Notes: a model not told the origin generated them from the sequence alone. Shown: positions 1-12,327, counted from the first letter of the whole stretch. The stretch is DNA of 63,581 bases, filler included, from Octopus bimaculoides (GCF_001194135.2; 6 parts of 6 records of this genome joined end to end with filler, not necessarily neighbours in it), one strand, 5' to 3'. Made by a program: numbers and translations.

Positions 1-190
1 TATATATATGTATATATATATATATATGTATATACATATATATAAAATTTCAAGAAGTTTATTATTTGTTTCTTTTGTTTTTCATTCTTTTTTTTTTTTG
101 TTTCAGATTTTTCTTTGAATGTCTCAGATAAAACTGTGAGAATATCAGAGAACCAAAAGCCTCAATATTTAACTTGTTCATCCACGGAAA

Positions 191-1375
191 ATGGAAGTTG
201 AGATGGAAGCTGAGATGGAAGCTGAGATGGAACCTGAGATGGAACCTGAGATGGAACCTCTTTCTGATGAGAACCTGTTTCAGTGCGATATATGTAAGAA
301 GGAGTTTCTACATAAGAGTGATCTTGGAGTTCATCTAGTTACACACACCAACAAGAAACGTTTCCATTGCCCAATTTGTGAGAAAGATTTTGCTGATCCT
401 TCAAAGTCCGTACGACACATGAGAACACACACTGGAGAGAAGCCATACCATTGTGGTGTATGTGGTCGAGCTTTTGGCTATAGAAATGTCTTAAAAAATC
501 ACTTAAAAACTCATACTGGTGAGAAACCTTTCCTATGTACAATATGTAATAGATCTTTTGCAAGGAAGGCTCATTTGACAGGCCACTTGAAAGTACACAA
601 TAATAAAAATTCACATCTACCAATAAGGATAACAGCACCTTATTCAGAAAATTGGATAGGGAAAGATATAGTCACAAAAGTATTTAATGAGGGAAGAACA
701 CAGCCACATGCAGATGATGGTAAAGACAAAGAGTCTGGTAACGATGGAAATGGAGGGAAAAAATCTGATAATGATGGAGCTGAAGAGAAAGAATCAAGTA
801 ATGATGGAGGTGAAGATGACAAAGACATTCCAGAGAATTCCAATAAGAATAAAGGGAAAAGAGTTCAGTGTCAAATTTGTGATAAATATTTCTCATTTAA
901 ATGTGATTTGAAAATCCATTATCGAACTCACACTGGAGAGAAACCATTCCAGTGTGATGTGTGTGGTAAACATTTTGCACGAGGTGGTGATTTGCAAATT
1001 CATTTCCGAATACACACTGGTGAAAAACCTTTTAATTGTGAAAAGTGTGGGAAAACCTTCAGTGATAGGTCTTCTTTCAATAACCACAGGAGGAGACACA
1101 GTGGGGAGAAACCGTTCCATTGTCAAGTGTGCCGACAGAATTTTGCCGATAGGTCCACTCTAAAAAGACACATCAGAAGCCATACTGGAGAGAAGCCTTT
1201 CCATTGTGAGATTTGTGGCAAAAATTATAGCCGTAACGCTATCCTTAGTGTTCATCTAATGACTCATACTGGAGAGAAACCGTTTTGCTGTGATAAATGT
1301 GGGAAAAATTATTCACAGAAATGTACTTTAGTCGCTCATTTAAAATCTCACACTGAAGAAAGTGTCCCTGGATAG
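191..1375 (+). CDS. C2H2 (Kruppel-type) zinc-finger protein, 394 aa, 10 fingers in 4+6 arrangement
   Basis: Ten C-x2-C-x12-H-x3-H motifs, mostly with TGEKP/SGEKP linkers; acidic/Asn-rich spacer between fingers 4 and 5. In-frame stops upstream (TGA 116-118, TGA 137-139, TAA 170-172) make ATG 191 the start. Pyrimidine tract plus TTTCAG acceptor ending at 106 implies an upstream 5'UTR intron. Confidence 0.95.
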   Translation: MEVEMEAEMEAEMEPEMEPEMEPLSDENLFQCDICKKEFLHKSDLGVHLVTHTNKKRFHCPICEKDFADPSKSVRHMRTHTGEKPYHCGVCGRAFGYRNVLKNHLKTHTGEKPFLCTICNRSFARKAHLTGHLKVHNNKNSHLPIRITAPYSENWIGKDIVTKVFNEGRTQPHADDGKDKESGNDGNGGKKSDNDGAEEKESSNDGGEDDKDIPENSNKNKGKRVQCQICDKYFSFKCDLKIHYRTHTGEKPFQCDVCGKHFARGGDLQIHFRIHTGEKPFNCEKCGKTFSDRSSFNNHRRRHSGEKPFHCQVCRQNFADRSTLKRHIRSHTGEKPFHCEICGKNYSRNAILSVHLMTHTGEKPFCCDKCGKNYSQKCTLVAHLKSHTEESVPG

Positions 1376-1382
1376 AAAATGA

Positions 1383-1388
1383 AATAAA
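1383..1388 (+). terminator. Putative polyadenylation signal of the zinc-finger gene
   Basis: AATAAA 7 nt after the TAG stop, followed by a GT/T-rich element (TGTTGTTTTATTT, ~1401-1413). Confidence 0.5.
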
Positions 1389-2245
1389 ATTACCAAGAAA
1401 TGTTGTTTTATTTAATGTGTTAAAAGCAAGCTTAGTCTAAGAGCCATTTCACTTCTCGGTTGAAGCTAAAGACGATGCTATAAATTGTTCTAAAAACTAT
1501 ATGGCTTATATGCCTAATCAAAGCAAACCAATATTTCATTTAATGATTTTTTTTTCTTTTCTATATATATAAAAAAAGACCTGACTGTAATTTTATTTAA
1601 TTATCTTTCTCTTTGGCTCACTGTGTCTGTTTTTGTATTTTTTCTATATTTCCTCTTTTTTTTTTCCTCTGATATCAGCATTGTGAAATAAAACAGCAGA
1701 TGGAATTAGCAGGTTAGGTTTCAGTCTATGGTTTAGTATTATTAAGGCAGTTGGATTTGTATATAATATAACTGAATCTTATTGTTATTGTATTCTTCTT
1801 GGGGTGCCCATGGCCAGTTCTTCAGCAGAACTAAGCCAGAGAGGTAGCTGACAGATAATACATACAAACCCATACAAAGCATTCGATTAATATTTCTTAT
1901 ATACTATCAGAGTCATCCTTATTTTTATTTTGGATCATGATCTGTTAAGATTTAGGATTTAGAACGTGCAATTTCTATTTTGATGATGAAGAATTTAAGA
2001 GACCTACTTAACATTTAACAGAAACAAGCATACTTGTTCAGGTATATTGAGTCCTTGTGCTGTCTTTATCAGTTACTGAAATGGAATTACAACATAAATG
2101 CTTATTCCGCTTCAAGATTAAAAAATTGATTTAGGTTCAGTGTCTGGTTTAAAATAGCTTCTTTACAAACTTTTGCTACTATTTCAAATTTCAAACTTCT
2201 TAAAAGATGCCCATTTTTTAAGCATTTCCAATTTTTTTCTTTGGA

Positions 2246-2620
2246 AGCATGTGGCATAGTGGTTAGGGTGTTTGGCTCATGATCATAAGGTGGTAGGTTT
2301 GATTCTTGGACTACTTATTGTGTTGCGTCCTTATCTCTTTAGCATTCAGATTATTCTGTCAAATGTGATGCTTGTTTATTCATATTGTTTTCAAGTAATC
2401 CTGAATTATCTTGTAGCTTTGAGATTTTGATAATGTGATTTTTATTTTTAGAATGAAATTGTAGGTCAGTTATGAGAAATCAGACCCTGACCAGTTTGAG
2501 CATAAAGTGGGTAGAATATTTGGGCTGGATATGGCCTGTTTGAATGTTAAAGGGTTAAGCAAAAGACACTATATTTCATGTTGCTCCAGTCTAATGAGCT
2601 GAGAATGAGTACCGGCTGAT
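2246..2620 (+). mobile_element. tRNA-derived SINE (family C), split by a MITE at 2331-2558
   Basis: A-box-like TGGCATAGTGG and B-box-like GGTTTGATTCT; sequence appears to resume after the insert (GCAAAAGACACTATATTTCATGTTGCTCCAGTC). Confidence 0.6.
2331..2558. mobile_element. piggyBac-like MITE including TTAA target sites
   Basis: Left TTATCTCTTTAGCATTCA (2331-2348) is an imperfect inverted repeat of right TGAATGTTAAAGGGTTAA (2541-2558); TTAA|CCC...GGG|TTAA is the piggyBac signature (left end decayed). Confidence 0.7.
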
Positions 2621-5130
2621 TTTTGGTACAACACTTTGTCCCCATCCTGCTGTCACATTCTTGATGTTTCACTAGGTCAGAGGAACAGGAAGGTGTTTTT
2701 ACTTGCAACTCCATTGGCACTAAACAACCAGTGAAAGCTTGGTTCTAGTCACCATGTCATATTCATTTGCAAGCAACAGCTAAGCTTTTCTATTGTTTTA
2801 CATTCCATGAAATGGATAGGATGACTTTTGCACATTTTAAGGTTTCATTGCAAAGTGCTTATTGTACAGTTAACAAAATACTCAACTGTGTAAAAAAAAA
2901 AAAAAAAAAACACCTTTCACAGGAACCACAGCATGTTAGCTATTGCAAGGTTTGAACTTTAGATTATGGGGCTAGTTTTGACTTCAAGACTTTTTTCAAA
3001 TGAGAAGAGAAAACTATATATACAATGAGTTAGACATGGCTAAAAGATAAAGGAGAATGAGTTTTATATTATAAATGTATTTCCATTTATGGTATTTAAG
3101 AGCTAAATTATTAAGACATTGTTAAACTCCAATACATTATTACAATGCAATACACACTGCTGGAATATNNNNNNNNNNNNNNNNNNNNNNNNNNNNNNNN
3201 NNNNNNNNNNNNNNNNNNNNNNNNNNNNNNNNNNNNNNNNNNNNNNNNNNNNNNNNNNNNNNNNNNNNNNNNNNNNNNNNNNNNNNNNNNNNNNNNNNNN
3301 NNNNNNNNNNNNNNNNNNNNNNNNNNNNNNNNNNNNNNNNNNNNNNNNNNNNNNNNNNNNNNNNNNNNNNNNNNNNNNNNNNNNNNNNNNNNNNNNNNNN
3401 NNNNNNNNNNNNNNNNNNNNNNNNNNNNNNNNNNNNNNNNNNNNNNNNNNNNNNNNNNNNNNNNNNNNNNNNNNNNNNNNNNNNNNNNNNNNNNNNNNNN
3501 NNNNNNNNNNNNNNNNNNNNNNNNNNNNNNNNNNNNNNNNNNNNNNNNNNNNNNNNNNNNNNNNNNNNNNNNNNNNNNNNNNNNNNNNNNNNNNNNNNNN
3601 NNNNNNNNNNNNNNNNNNNNNNNNNNNNNNNNNNNNNNNNNNNNNNNNNNNNNNNNNNNNNNNNNNNNNNNNNNNNNNNNNNNNNNNNNNNNNNNNNNNN
3701 NNNNNNNNNNNNNNNNNNNNNNNNNNNNNNNNNNNNNNNNNNNNNNNNNNNNNNNNNNNNNNNNNNNNNNNNNNNNNNNNNNNNNNNNNNNNNNNNNNNN
3801 NNNNNNNNNNNNNNNNNNNNNNNNNNNNNNNNNNNNNNNNNNNNNNNNNNNNNNNNNNNNNNNNNNNNNNNNNCATGGAATATATTCAATGCTGAATTTT
3901 TATTCTGGTTTGCACACGTGTACCTAAAACAATCCAGAAGGATTCCCGCTTCTTTAATGAAGATATATACAGATAAACTTCATTCCCTTTGCTTTGTCGG
4001 ATACGTAGAGTGTTCGTTTTGGTGAGGTGAGAATTTTGTTTATTTATATATATTTTTTTGAACTATACTATACTGATGAACGGAAACTAGATTTCATTCT
4101 AGTAATCGCAAAATCAGTCGATACATAGTTGAGTTATTTAAAAGAAAGTTGGTTTCTTCTGTTGGTTACTTTCCTCGCATTCGGTACTAAAATGTGTTTA
4201 TTTGGGAAGTCGAGTGTGTGGCATTATTCTGTAGTAATGCCCTTATATAAATATATATATCAGTCTAACAAAGGGAGATAATTCTCCACAAGTGTTTGTA
4301 TCCACATTCATTCATTTATCTTTGGTTTGGTACTCAGTTATTGAAGAGGAGAAAAAATGTCAATCACTTCAAAATGAATATAATTATGAGTTTTGATATC
4401 AAAATTAAAATTTTTTTTTAATCCTTGCAAAGGATTTCAGTACTATTACAGGTAAATATTCCCTTAAATCTGGAACCTGTTCTTGATTGGTAAGTTGAAT
4501 TCCAGCATCTACGACACAAAATACCTGCAGTGAATGAGAACTTAGCTATTTACAGATTTTAACATATTTCTTACACACACACACACAAGCACACATTTAT
4601 ATGGTTACACCACCGATTTTCCAGTTCCAAGACCTTGATTGATTTACTGTTTTTCTGAACCATCTGTGGTCACCTAATAATAATTCATCAACACACATCT
4701 AACCTATTAATTATATGCTTCCCATGTGTCTAAACTACCATGAACATCTAGAAACTTAAATTTAACAAATACATATTATTAAATATATATTTAATAAATG
4801 AAATACAAGTAGTTGTGCATTACCTTGCTACATTTATTAATTACTGTACATATAAAAAAATACTCCCAAGATGGCAAGTATTAGAATTTTAATGGCTCTA
4901 ATCTATCTTACAAATCCAGTCCATGGCTTTGGCACTGTTGAAACCATTCCATTATCACTTGATCATGAGCAGTACTCTTACCGTCGTTCATAGTTTCTCT
5001 AGTTTTCATTTGCTTTCTATGAATCATTGTTTACATAATACATCAATGTTTTGTCTCTTTGTTTCTTGATATTTTTAAACAGCAGATGAAATCAGTGCCA
5101 TAGATATCACACAGCTTATGTACTGGAATA

Positions 5131-5560
<430 letters not shown>

Positions 5561-5904
5561 TGGTTCATATTTTCCAGCAGTTCTGCTTATCTTGGATCAA
5601 TGTGAATTGATGTTTATGTTTGACATTACCACCCAAGCAGCCATTGCTAAGAGTAACTTTAAGCTAAATAAGCAGAGGAGCTCTCAAAATTTTGGTATTG
5701 CCACTCACAAGTGCAGTATTGCATGTAAGTAAACACATGGTACACATATCACCACCTGTTGTCATGCAGTGAACTAAGATGGTAGGCATGTGGATTTCAA
5801 CCTCCATCTTATAAGTAATCTTAATTAAAGGTGGTGGCAGACCATCACTTGCTGGAAAATTGATGGTGTACTTAGATGTGTGTATGCATGCATGTGTATG
5901 TCTG

Positions 5905-6231
5905 TTGTCCATGCTGGCATGGGTTAGACAGTTTGACCAGGGCTGGTAAGCTGGAAGGCTGCACCGGACTCCAGTCTCATTTTGCATGGATTTTACAGCT
6001 GGATGTTTTTCCTAATGCCAACCACTCCAAGAGTGTAATGGGTGATTTTATGTGCCACCAGCATGGGTGCCATTTGCCTGACACTGGTATCTGCCTTAAC
6101 TGCGATTTTACTTGGCTTGATGGATCTTCTCCTCAAGCACGTCATAATACCAGAGGTCTTGGTCATTGCCTCCGTGAGGCCCAACACTCAAAAGGTGCTT
6201 TTCACGTGCCACCGGCATCAGCCACCTTGCC
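5905..6231 (-). mobile_element. SINE-like repeat family E; + strand fragment at ~9985-10050
   Basis: Internal repeat GGTGGCAC(G/A)T(G/A)AAA(A/T)(G/T)CACC; GTGGTTGGCATTA shared with 10035-10047; 3' end CCCATGCCAGCATGG resembles tail 2. Confidence 0.6.
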
Positions 6232-6278
<47 letters not shown>

Positions 6279-6280
6279 AT

Positions 6281-7590
6281 AATCATTGTCATCATTTTCC
6301 ATCTGTCACTTTTTCTGTATTTGCATGGTTCTAGATTAGTCTTTTCCATTTTTCCAGCTTACCATCTTGTTACTTGTAATCTTTTGTCAGAGCCTAGGTG
6401 AGATTTAATTTTTGAGATCAGCCTTCCCTACTTCTTCCCATATCTTCCTTGGTCTTCCTTTCCAGCAGGTTCTTTACACATGTCTCTTGCCTCTTCTTCG
6501 CTCAACTGCTATCCACCATGTGTCCACCATGTTCATATCGATAGTCTTCTCCTTTTACATGCTCCACCTGATTCTTATATTCAGTTTTCCTCCCGTCTCA
6601 ATTGTACTCTGTTGTTCATTTACACCAGAGGTTGGCAAACTTATAATCACTGATCCTTTCATGGAATTGTTAACTTATCAACCCCATCATGTAAATTTCT
6701 AAAGTAAAATTAAAAAGTATAATTAATAAAAAAATTTTTGATTTTAAAAACAGTAATTCCTTTGTTCTTTTGTGTCATTACCACTTTTTCTTAAGAACTA
6801 TTTAAAGAAATTTAGTGAAAATACTTAATGAAATTGATAAGAACAATAAAAATTCAGTCATTATATTGCTATAGTCAGAATATTTAATATGAAATACGTT
6901 TGGGGAATACTAGATATTGTATTAATATTTGGCTGGAAATTAGAATAAATTCAAAATTGTTGGACAACTGAAACCATCATTGTCAGCATTTAATGTCCAT
7001 GTTCCATACTGACATAGAGTCACTCTTATAAATGAGCAATAAATGCAAATTACTATTGCATTCTTTTTATGATGTCTTCATGAAAATTATGCACTTATTC
7101 TTAACAGGCCTGCCAATTAGCTAGTTGGCATTGCTATGTTTACTAGGTGTATGCCAATGACATACCTGCTAAGGCATTTTGAATTTCCATAATATATTTG
7201 AGATATTATATTTCCATATTATATTTGAATCTTATTCAGGTTGAAAAAATAGTTTGCTAATAATTGAGTGCTCTTAATCCTCAGAATCACTTCAAAAGTT
7301 TATCAACCCCTTGGAGAACTACATAGACCTTCAGGGATCAATATTGATCACTTTGCCGACCCCTGATGTACACTAACATTATACATCTAGTGGACTGCAT
7401 TTGCCTCCCTTCTTTCCAGCCCTCACATCTTTTGTATTTTATGTCCATGTTTCACCACAATCCTGTATCATACATTGTACACGAGCAACCTACAACCTGC
7501 CCTTTGCTTGCAAAGGGAATCCATTCGTTGCTAGCAGAGTCAATAGCTCTTTCAACTTTTTCCAGTATGTGTTCTACTTCACTGAATGTT
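6281..7590 (-). mobile_element. Degenerate RTE-clade LINE 3' fragment, interrupted by a hAT MITE
   Basis: 7590-7375 translates WKKLKELLTLLATNGFPLQAKGRL*VARVQCMIQDCGETW; 6617-6410 gives KLNIR...GRPRKIWEEVGKADLK (with frameshifts), typical post-RT RTE ORF2; 3' end at 6340-6281 finishes in ATGATGAC. Confidence 0.75.
6626..7365. mobile_element. hAT-type non-autonomous element
   Basis: TIRs CAGAGGTTGGCAAAC / CTTTGCCGACCCCTG; 8-bp TSD ATTTACAC (6618-6625) versus ATGTACAC (7366-7373), 7/8 match; host RTE sequence continues across it. Confidence 0.75.
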
Positions 7591-7611
7591 TTGTCATATA
7601 GATGCAGGCAA

Positions 7612-7957
7612 CGGTATGGTACTTTGGGTAAGTGTTTTCTGCTGTAGCCTCAGGCTGACCAGAGCTGTGGATGTGGTTGACACAAGCTGAAAGAAGCGTA
7701 TTGTATGTGCCTATGGTTGTGTGTACCCTTGTTTTGCCATGACATGAAGGTTGTTAATGAGCTTCATCATACAAGCGGCGTTATTTGTTTCCTGTCTTCT
7801 ATGAAAAACATGTCTGACAATGAGGAAATATTACCTTGTTTGGAAACAGATGAGCATTAGCAGCAGGAAAGGCATCCAGCCATAGAAAATCTGCCTCATT
7901 GAATTTCGTCTGAGCCATACAAGCATGGATAAGTGGACATGAGAATGATGATGATGA
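7612..7957 (+). mobile_element. SINE family A, partial head plus tail 2
   Basis: Head segment GGTACTTTGGGTAAGTGTTTTCTGCTGTAGCC...CTGAAAGAAGC, then GGAAAGGCATCCAGCCATAG and CATACAAGCATGGATAAGTGGAC-(ATG)n. Confidence 0.8.
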
Positions 7958-8504
7958 CGATGACACTGCTTTGTGATCCACAGTATGACTGTGATGAGTG
8001 TGACTGATCCAATCATCACCTCTTACTTTCAGCATCTCTCCTTGTTAATTAAACCTGATTTCTAGCTTCTCTCCTCGTTATACCTGATATTGTGCCTTGT
8101 TGCCTGTTTTTTTTTTGTTTTTTTATCTAGGCCTGTCTTTTAACTTTGGGTTACCCTACCATATCATTCCACCACCTTGTTACCTTTCAGCTGTTTGGAG
8201 CCTTGTTCTATCCACAGATTTTGCCTTTGGTTTGCAGTAGGTGATGTAAAAACTAACTGTTGTCCTTATTGTAAGTCTCTCTTCCCATTATATACATTAC
8301 CTAATACTTCTTTGAACCTATGTATGACTGAGGGATCTTGCAGCTTCTATATTTTCCTTCTTGGTGTCATGTCTCTGAATCCATCAAGCTCTTATCCTCT
8401 GATTACATTCTTCATAGGGGAACGACTGACAATTCAGAACCAGTTGTCTGTCCTACTATCTAGTGAGAATAAAATCTACATGGGCCAACTAAAGAATTTA
8501 AGTG

Positions 8505-8730
8505 GATGTGTGTAGGTTTGTGTCTTCATGTCTTGACACGGTGTAATTCTTGTAAATGAACGCTATTCATTTTCAATATTCTGCAAAAACATGTCTAGCC
8601 ATGGAGAAATACTACGTTGCTTGGAAGCAGGTAAGGGTTTGTGACATAAAAGGCATCTAACTTTAGAAAATCTGTCTCAGTAAACTCCGTTTGATTCATA
8701 GAAAATTGGACATTAAAACAATAATGATGA
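8505..8730 (+). mobile_element. SINE tail-2 fragment
   Basis: Aligns by eye to 7730-7950 and 10590-10820. Confidence 0.7.
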
Positions 8731-9365
8731 AACAAGCTATTTTTTAGATGTTGGCTTCTAACCAAATTCTCACCAGTTCACAAAGAGAACAAGCAGCAGG
8801 CCATCAGTTTAATAACATATAATATGCATCTTAGGTTTGTCTCGTAAACAATAATGAAAAATGAACAACAGGACTGATTAAATACACTTTATTTACTTTT
8901 TTTTATCGTTGATTTTGAAATACATGTTTTCAAATACATACATGTGTGTGTGTGCGTGCGTGCGTGCGTGCGTACATGGGTGTGTGTGTATTTGTGTTTG
9001 TTTCTTACTCTCCATTCACCTGCATATATCTGCACAAATTAAAAAAAAAAAAAAAAATTTCCTCTCCAGTATTTTCCTAGTCACTTGTTTAAAGAATTGT
9101 TTCAATTTTTGCACCCACTTCATTCCGATAATAGAATTAATAATAACAATAACAACAATAATAATAATAATGTGGATACAGAAGCCTTTAGTGATAGGTG
9201 ATGCTGAAATGTGTTAGGCTGTGGGATTTTAATGTACACAAGTCATTAATCCACCTAATAAACTATCAACATAAGTAGCAAACAGATGTATGCATGTTGT
9301 ATGGACGTTGTACTGTGTGTTTTTGTATGTATGCACATGTTTTTTTTAGATATTTTTTCAAAACT

Positions 9366-9371
9366 TTTATT
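9366..9371 (-). terminator. Putative polyadenylation signal of the peptide gene
   Basis: AATAAA on the minus strand ~220 nt after the TAA stop at 9594. Confidence 0.55.
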
Positions 9372-9593
9372 GTTAATATCTTAATTTTCTAATTGTTTAT
9401 AAACGTCCTTTTCTTAATATGTCAAAGCATAACTTTCAGCATCACTTTTCAAAACACTTTCAACGCTGGTGTTCATCATCCCATCACACAAAAAAGAGCA
9501 TCACTGTCTCCTATTTCAGTTATCATCCCTTTCTTTTCTACATCTTGTACGAACTCTCTTCCTTTTTCCAATCTCTGCTTTCTTTCAAATATT

Positions 9594-9750
9594 TTATTTG
9601 CGTTTCTCATTGACAGCAATGTTACATTTATGGTAAGTTTCGAAGGTTTTGTCTGTGAGACAACGATAAGTATAGCTACTACCATAGAATTCACCACAGG
9701 CTTCACAGGTTCCAGCATATGAATAAAGAGTCGCCCCTTTCGGAATTGAT
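9594..9750 (-). CDS. Terminal coding exon of a secreted 4-Cys prepropeptide
   Basis: Acceptor TTTATTCGTTGCAG| at 9751. First nt completes AG|A (Arg), then SIPKGATLYSYAGTCEACGEFYGSSYTYRCLTDKTFETYHKCNIAVNEKRK*. Phase matches the exon at 11705-11806. Confidence 0.85.
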
Positions 9751-10190
9751 CTGCAACGAATAAATGCACATTTAATCTTGAGTCACACAATGGAATCTTG
9801 ACCTACTAAAAGCTGAATTACCTGCCCCTGAATTAACATGCAAATGACTGGGCATTCCATAGACGCGTACCCATAACATAATTCTCAGACCTAATGCGTT
9901 AACCTTTCATCTAGCTAAAGTCACATCCCTCTGTTTTGTAGCCCCTCTCAGTCGAAGGGAATTTTAGTTTTCCAAACTGCATGGCGACATTACTGGTACC
10001 ACATAAAAAAAAGCACCCACTATACTTTATGAAGTGGTTGGCATTATGTAAAACTATGTAGTGGACATACGAACGTAGCAGGATTATCTGTTTCTCAATA
10101 GATTGGAAGAAATTCTTATTAGGATCTCATCAGAGGTTTTTATATCATTTGACCAATCTCAGAGAAACGCAGCCAATCTGTTTATATATA

Positions 10191-10342
10191 GAGCTGTGTG
10201 GTAATAAGCTTGCTTCCCAACCACATGGTTCTGGGTTCAGTCCCACTGTGTGGCACCTTGGGCAAGTGTCTTCTACTATAGCCTCTGGCTGACCAAAGTT
10301 TTCTGAGTGGATTTGGTAGACGGAAACTGAAAGAAGCTCGTC

Positions 10343-10384
<42 letters not shown>

Positions 10385-10563
10385 CTTTGTGTCTGTTTGT
10401 TCCCCCACCATCGCTTGACAACCAGTGTTGGTGTGTTTACGTCCCCGTAACTTAGCGGTTCGACTTAACACACCAATAGAATAAGCACTAGGCTTACAAA
10501 GAATAAGTCCAGGGATCGATTTGTTCAACTAAAAGGCGGTGCTCCAGCATCGCCGCAGTTTAA
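10191..10563 (+). mobile_element. SINE family A, near full length, tail 1 (in peptide-gene intron)
   Basis: tRNA-like head (GCTGTGTGGTAA...GGGTTCAGTCCC), (TA)n(TG)n hinge, tail ending GGCGGTGCTCCAGCATCGCCGCAG. Confidence 0.9.
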
Positions 10564-10574
10564 TGGGCGAGAGC

Positions 10575-10820
10575 TGCTTTTATGTGTACCTTTTATGTGT
10601 ACCTTTGTCTTGACATTATGTGATGGTTACAAACGAGCAAGCGATATTCGTGTTCGTTTCCTGCCTTCCGTGAAAACCATACCTGGTTACAGGGAAATAT
10701 TACTTTGGAAACAGTGAAGGTTTGGGCGACAGGAAGGCATCCGGCCATAGATAACTTGCCTTAGTAAATTCCGTCTGACCCATGCAAGCATGGAAAAGTG
10801 AACGTTAAACAATGATGATG
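10575..10820 (+). mobile_element. SINE tail-2 module directly after the tail-1 copy
   Basis: GACAGGAAGGCATCCGGCCATAG...CCCATGCAAGCATGGAAAAGTGAACGTTAAACAATGATGATG. Confidence 0.85.
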
Positions 10821-11244
10821 AAAATGTTGGACCTTGTAGCAAATTAAACCGTTCTGTTACAAAATCAACAGTACAAACGTCCAGGTTTCTCTTTAAAATA
10901 TCTAGCCTATCCTATATTCTATATATACTATTATATACTATGTTATTTTCTTTAACTGCTAAGTGTGAGTGGTAAGCTACAGTGCATAGAGATAGGCCTT
11001 GATTCCAGTCAGTTTGGATTCTTGAATTTCACTGTTGTTGCGAGAGGCAGAGCTACTTACGTCTCTTTCAAATTCGAGCACCCAAGATTATGTCACCTGT
11101 TTCAAACCATATTTTCTTAATCTAAAGAAATTTATCAGTAGCTGATTCAAAAAACTATCGAGAATATAGGTTAAATATTTTATCGAACCTATTTGTCTTA
11201 CAGTTTGGTCCTGCTTCACTGTTCCGTGGACCAAAACGAAGGTG

Positions 11245-11640
11245 TTGCACAGTCGCTTGATCTGCTGTGAATAGCACCCAAAATCTCCCTTAAATCACCC
11301 TTATCATAAGAAAGAAAGGATAAGGTAGTCATAGATACATATATTATAATGAAAATAAATAAAAACGATGGGATAGCTACATCTGGAACATTTGATCATA
11401 GATTTTTCACTCTTCCGCGAACCAAATTGAAGTAGTTGAACCGCAGTCGCTCGGTCTGCTAGAAGTAGCAGCCAAATCTTTAAATCACTTTCGAAAAAGT
11501 AAAAGCCACATTGAATAAGGTAGTAATATATATATATATATATAATAGAAAAATAAACAATGGACTGGTCACAACTGGAACACCGTTAAAGTTTGGTCAT
11601 AGTTCTATTGGATAGGAGCAAACCTGGAGGTGAACTACAA
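11245..11640 (+). mobile_element. Two tandem copies of dispersed repeat family F (SINE-like, AAC tail)
   Basis: CAGTCGCT(T/C)G(A/G)TCTGCT...ATAGCA...AAATC at ~11248 and ~11444; TTTG(A/G)TCATAG motif shared with the other family F copies. Confidence 0.65.
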
Positions 11641-11704
11641 CTTCAGTGTTGTGTTTTTGCGGATGAATAACATGAAATGTTAAAATGTGAGCAAAATGTC
11701 TTAC

Positions 11705-11799
11705 CTTCTGATCTCCTCCAGAGTCATGCTGCTTCCGTAACTGCACATCAAGGTACAAATTAAAGCAATAATAGCCACGCGTGGTAAACTCATCATCAT
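11705..11799 (-). CDS. First coding exon of the same prepropeptide (signal peptide plus pro-segment); exon spans 11806-11705
   Basis: Poly-T tract plus TAAATAG| acceptor at 11807; ACA-ATG at 11799; MMMSLPRVAIIALICTLMCSYGSSMTLEEIR + AG|GTAAGA donor at 11704; hydrophobic h-region and small residues at the predicted cleavage site. Confidence 0.85.
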
Positions 11800-11813
11800 T
11801 GTTAACCTATTTA

Positions 11814-11848
<35 letters not shown>

Positions 11849-11983
11849 ATGAAAAAGGACCCCACTGAAATAGTATTTTTGCTGTAAAGTATAATGCTGA
11901 TAGAACAAGCAAAGTTATTTGAAGCTATTTTTGTAGAAAGCTGTCATTTCAAATCCATTACATTGTAACACGATTTTTGTCTT

Positions 11984-12327
11984 TGGGTAGCAACTATTAT
12001 TTGCTATTTGCTTACCACTAGAAAATACGAAACATGGCTTATATTTCCTTCAAACTTTGCTTTTATTACATTTATTCAAACTTCAAAGAATCCCTCTCAA
12101 CACATGACTATGATGCTCCCCAACTACTCCTGCTCATGATCAGAGATGCCATGATCATAGTCAGCCACTAAGGGACGTGCTCAAGTGGTTAAGGTCAAAT
12201 AACTGACAAGCAAATCTATGGTATTGAGCAGAATATGTTATAACGATATTTCTGCTTTAGCAACTCAACGTTGAATTTGTGTGAATTGTAATGGAAAATA
12301 GGTCAGTTTCAAAACATTGCTGTCCAG
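11984..12327 (+). mobile_element. ~340-bp dispersed repeat, probable MITE (second copy 59920-60263, inverted)
   Basis: Collinear reverse-complement match between the copies (CTCTCAACACATG(A/G)CTATGATGCTCCCC, GTCAGCCACTAAGGGAC); weak terminal inverted repeats TGGGTAGCAAC / ATTGCTGTCCAG. Confidence 0.75.

Noticed and set aside
1373-1387. Stop read-through by A-to-I editing of the zinc-finger TAG
   Set aside because: Would add only WKMK before TAA; no evidence in the DNA.
4073-4105. CTGATGA-ACG-GAAA-CTAGA...TCTAG-TA hammerhead-like string
   Set aside because: No stem II, and stem I does not pair.
3874-5110. Possible + strand exon pair (GTGAGA donor ~4027, acceptor ~5081)
   Set aside because: The downstream ATG closes after five codons; motif-only evidence.
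9393-9790. Track ORFs 9476-9790 (-), 9393-9722 (+) and 9419-9613 (+)
   Set aside because: Shadows of the peptide's terminal exon, whose real frame is different and reached only by splicing.
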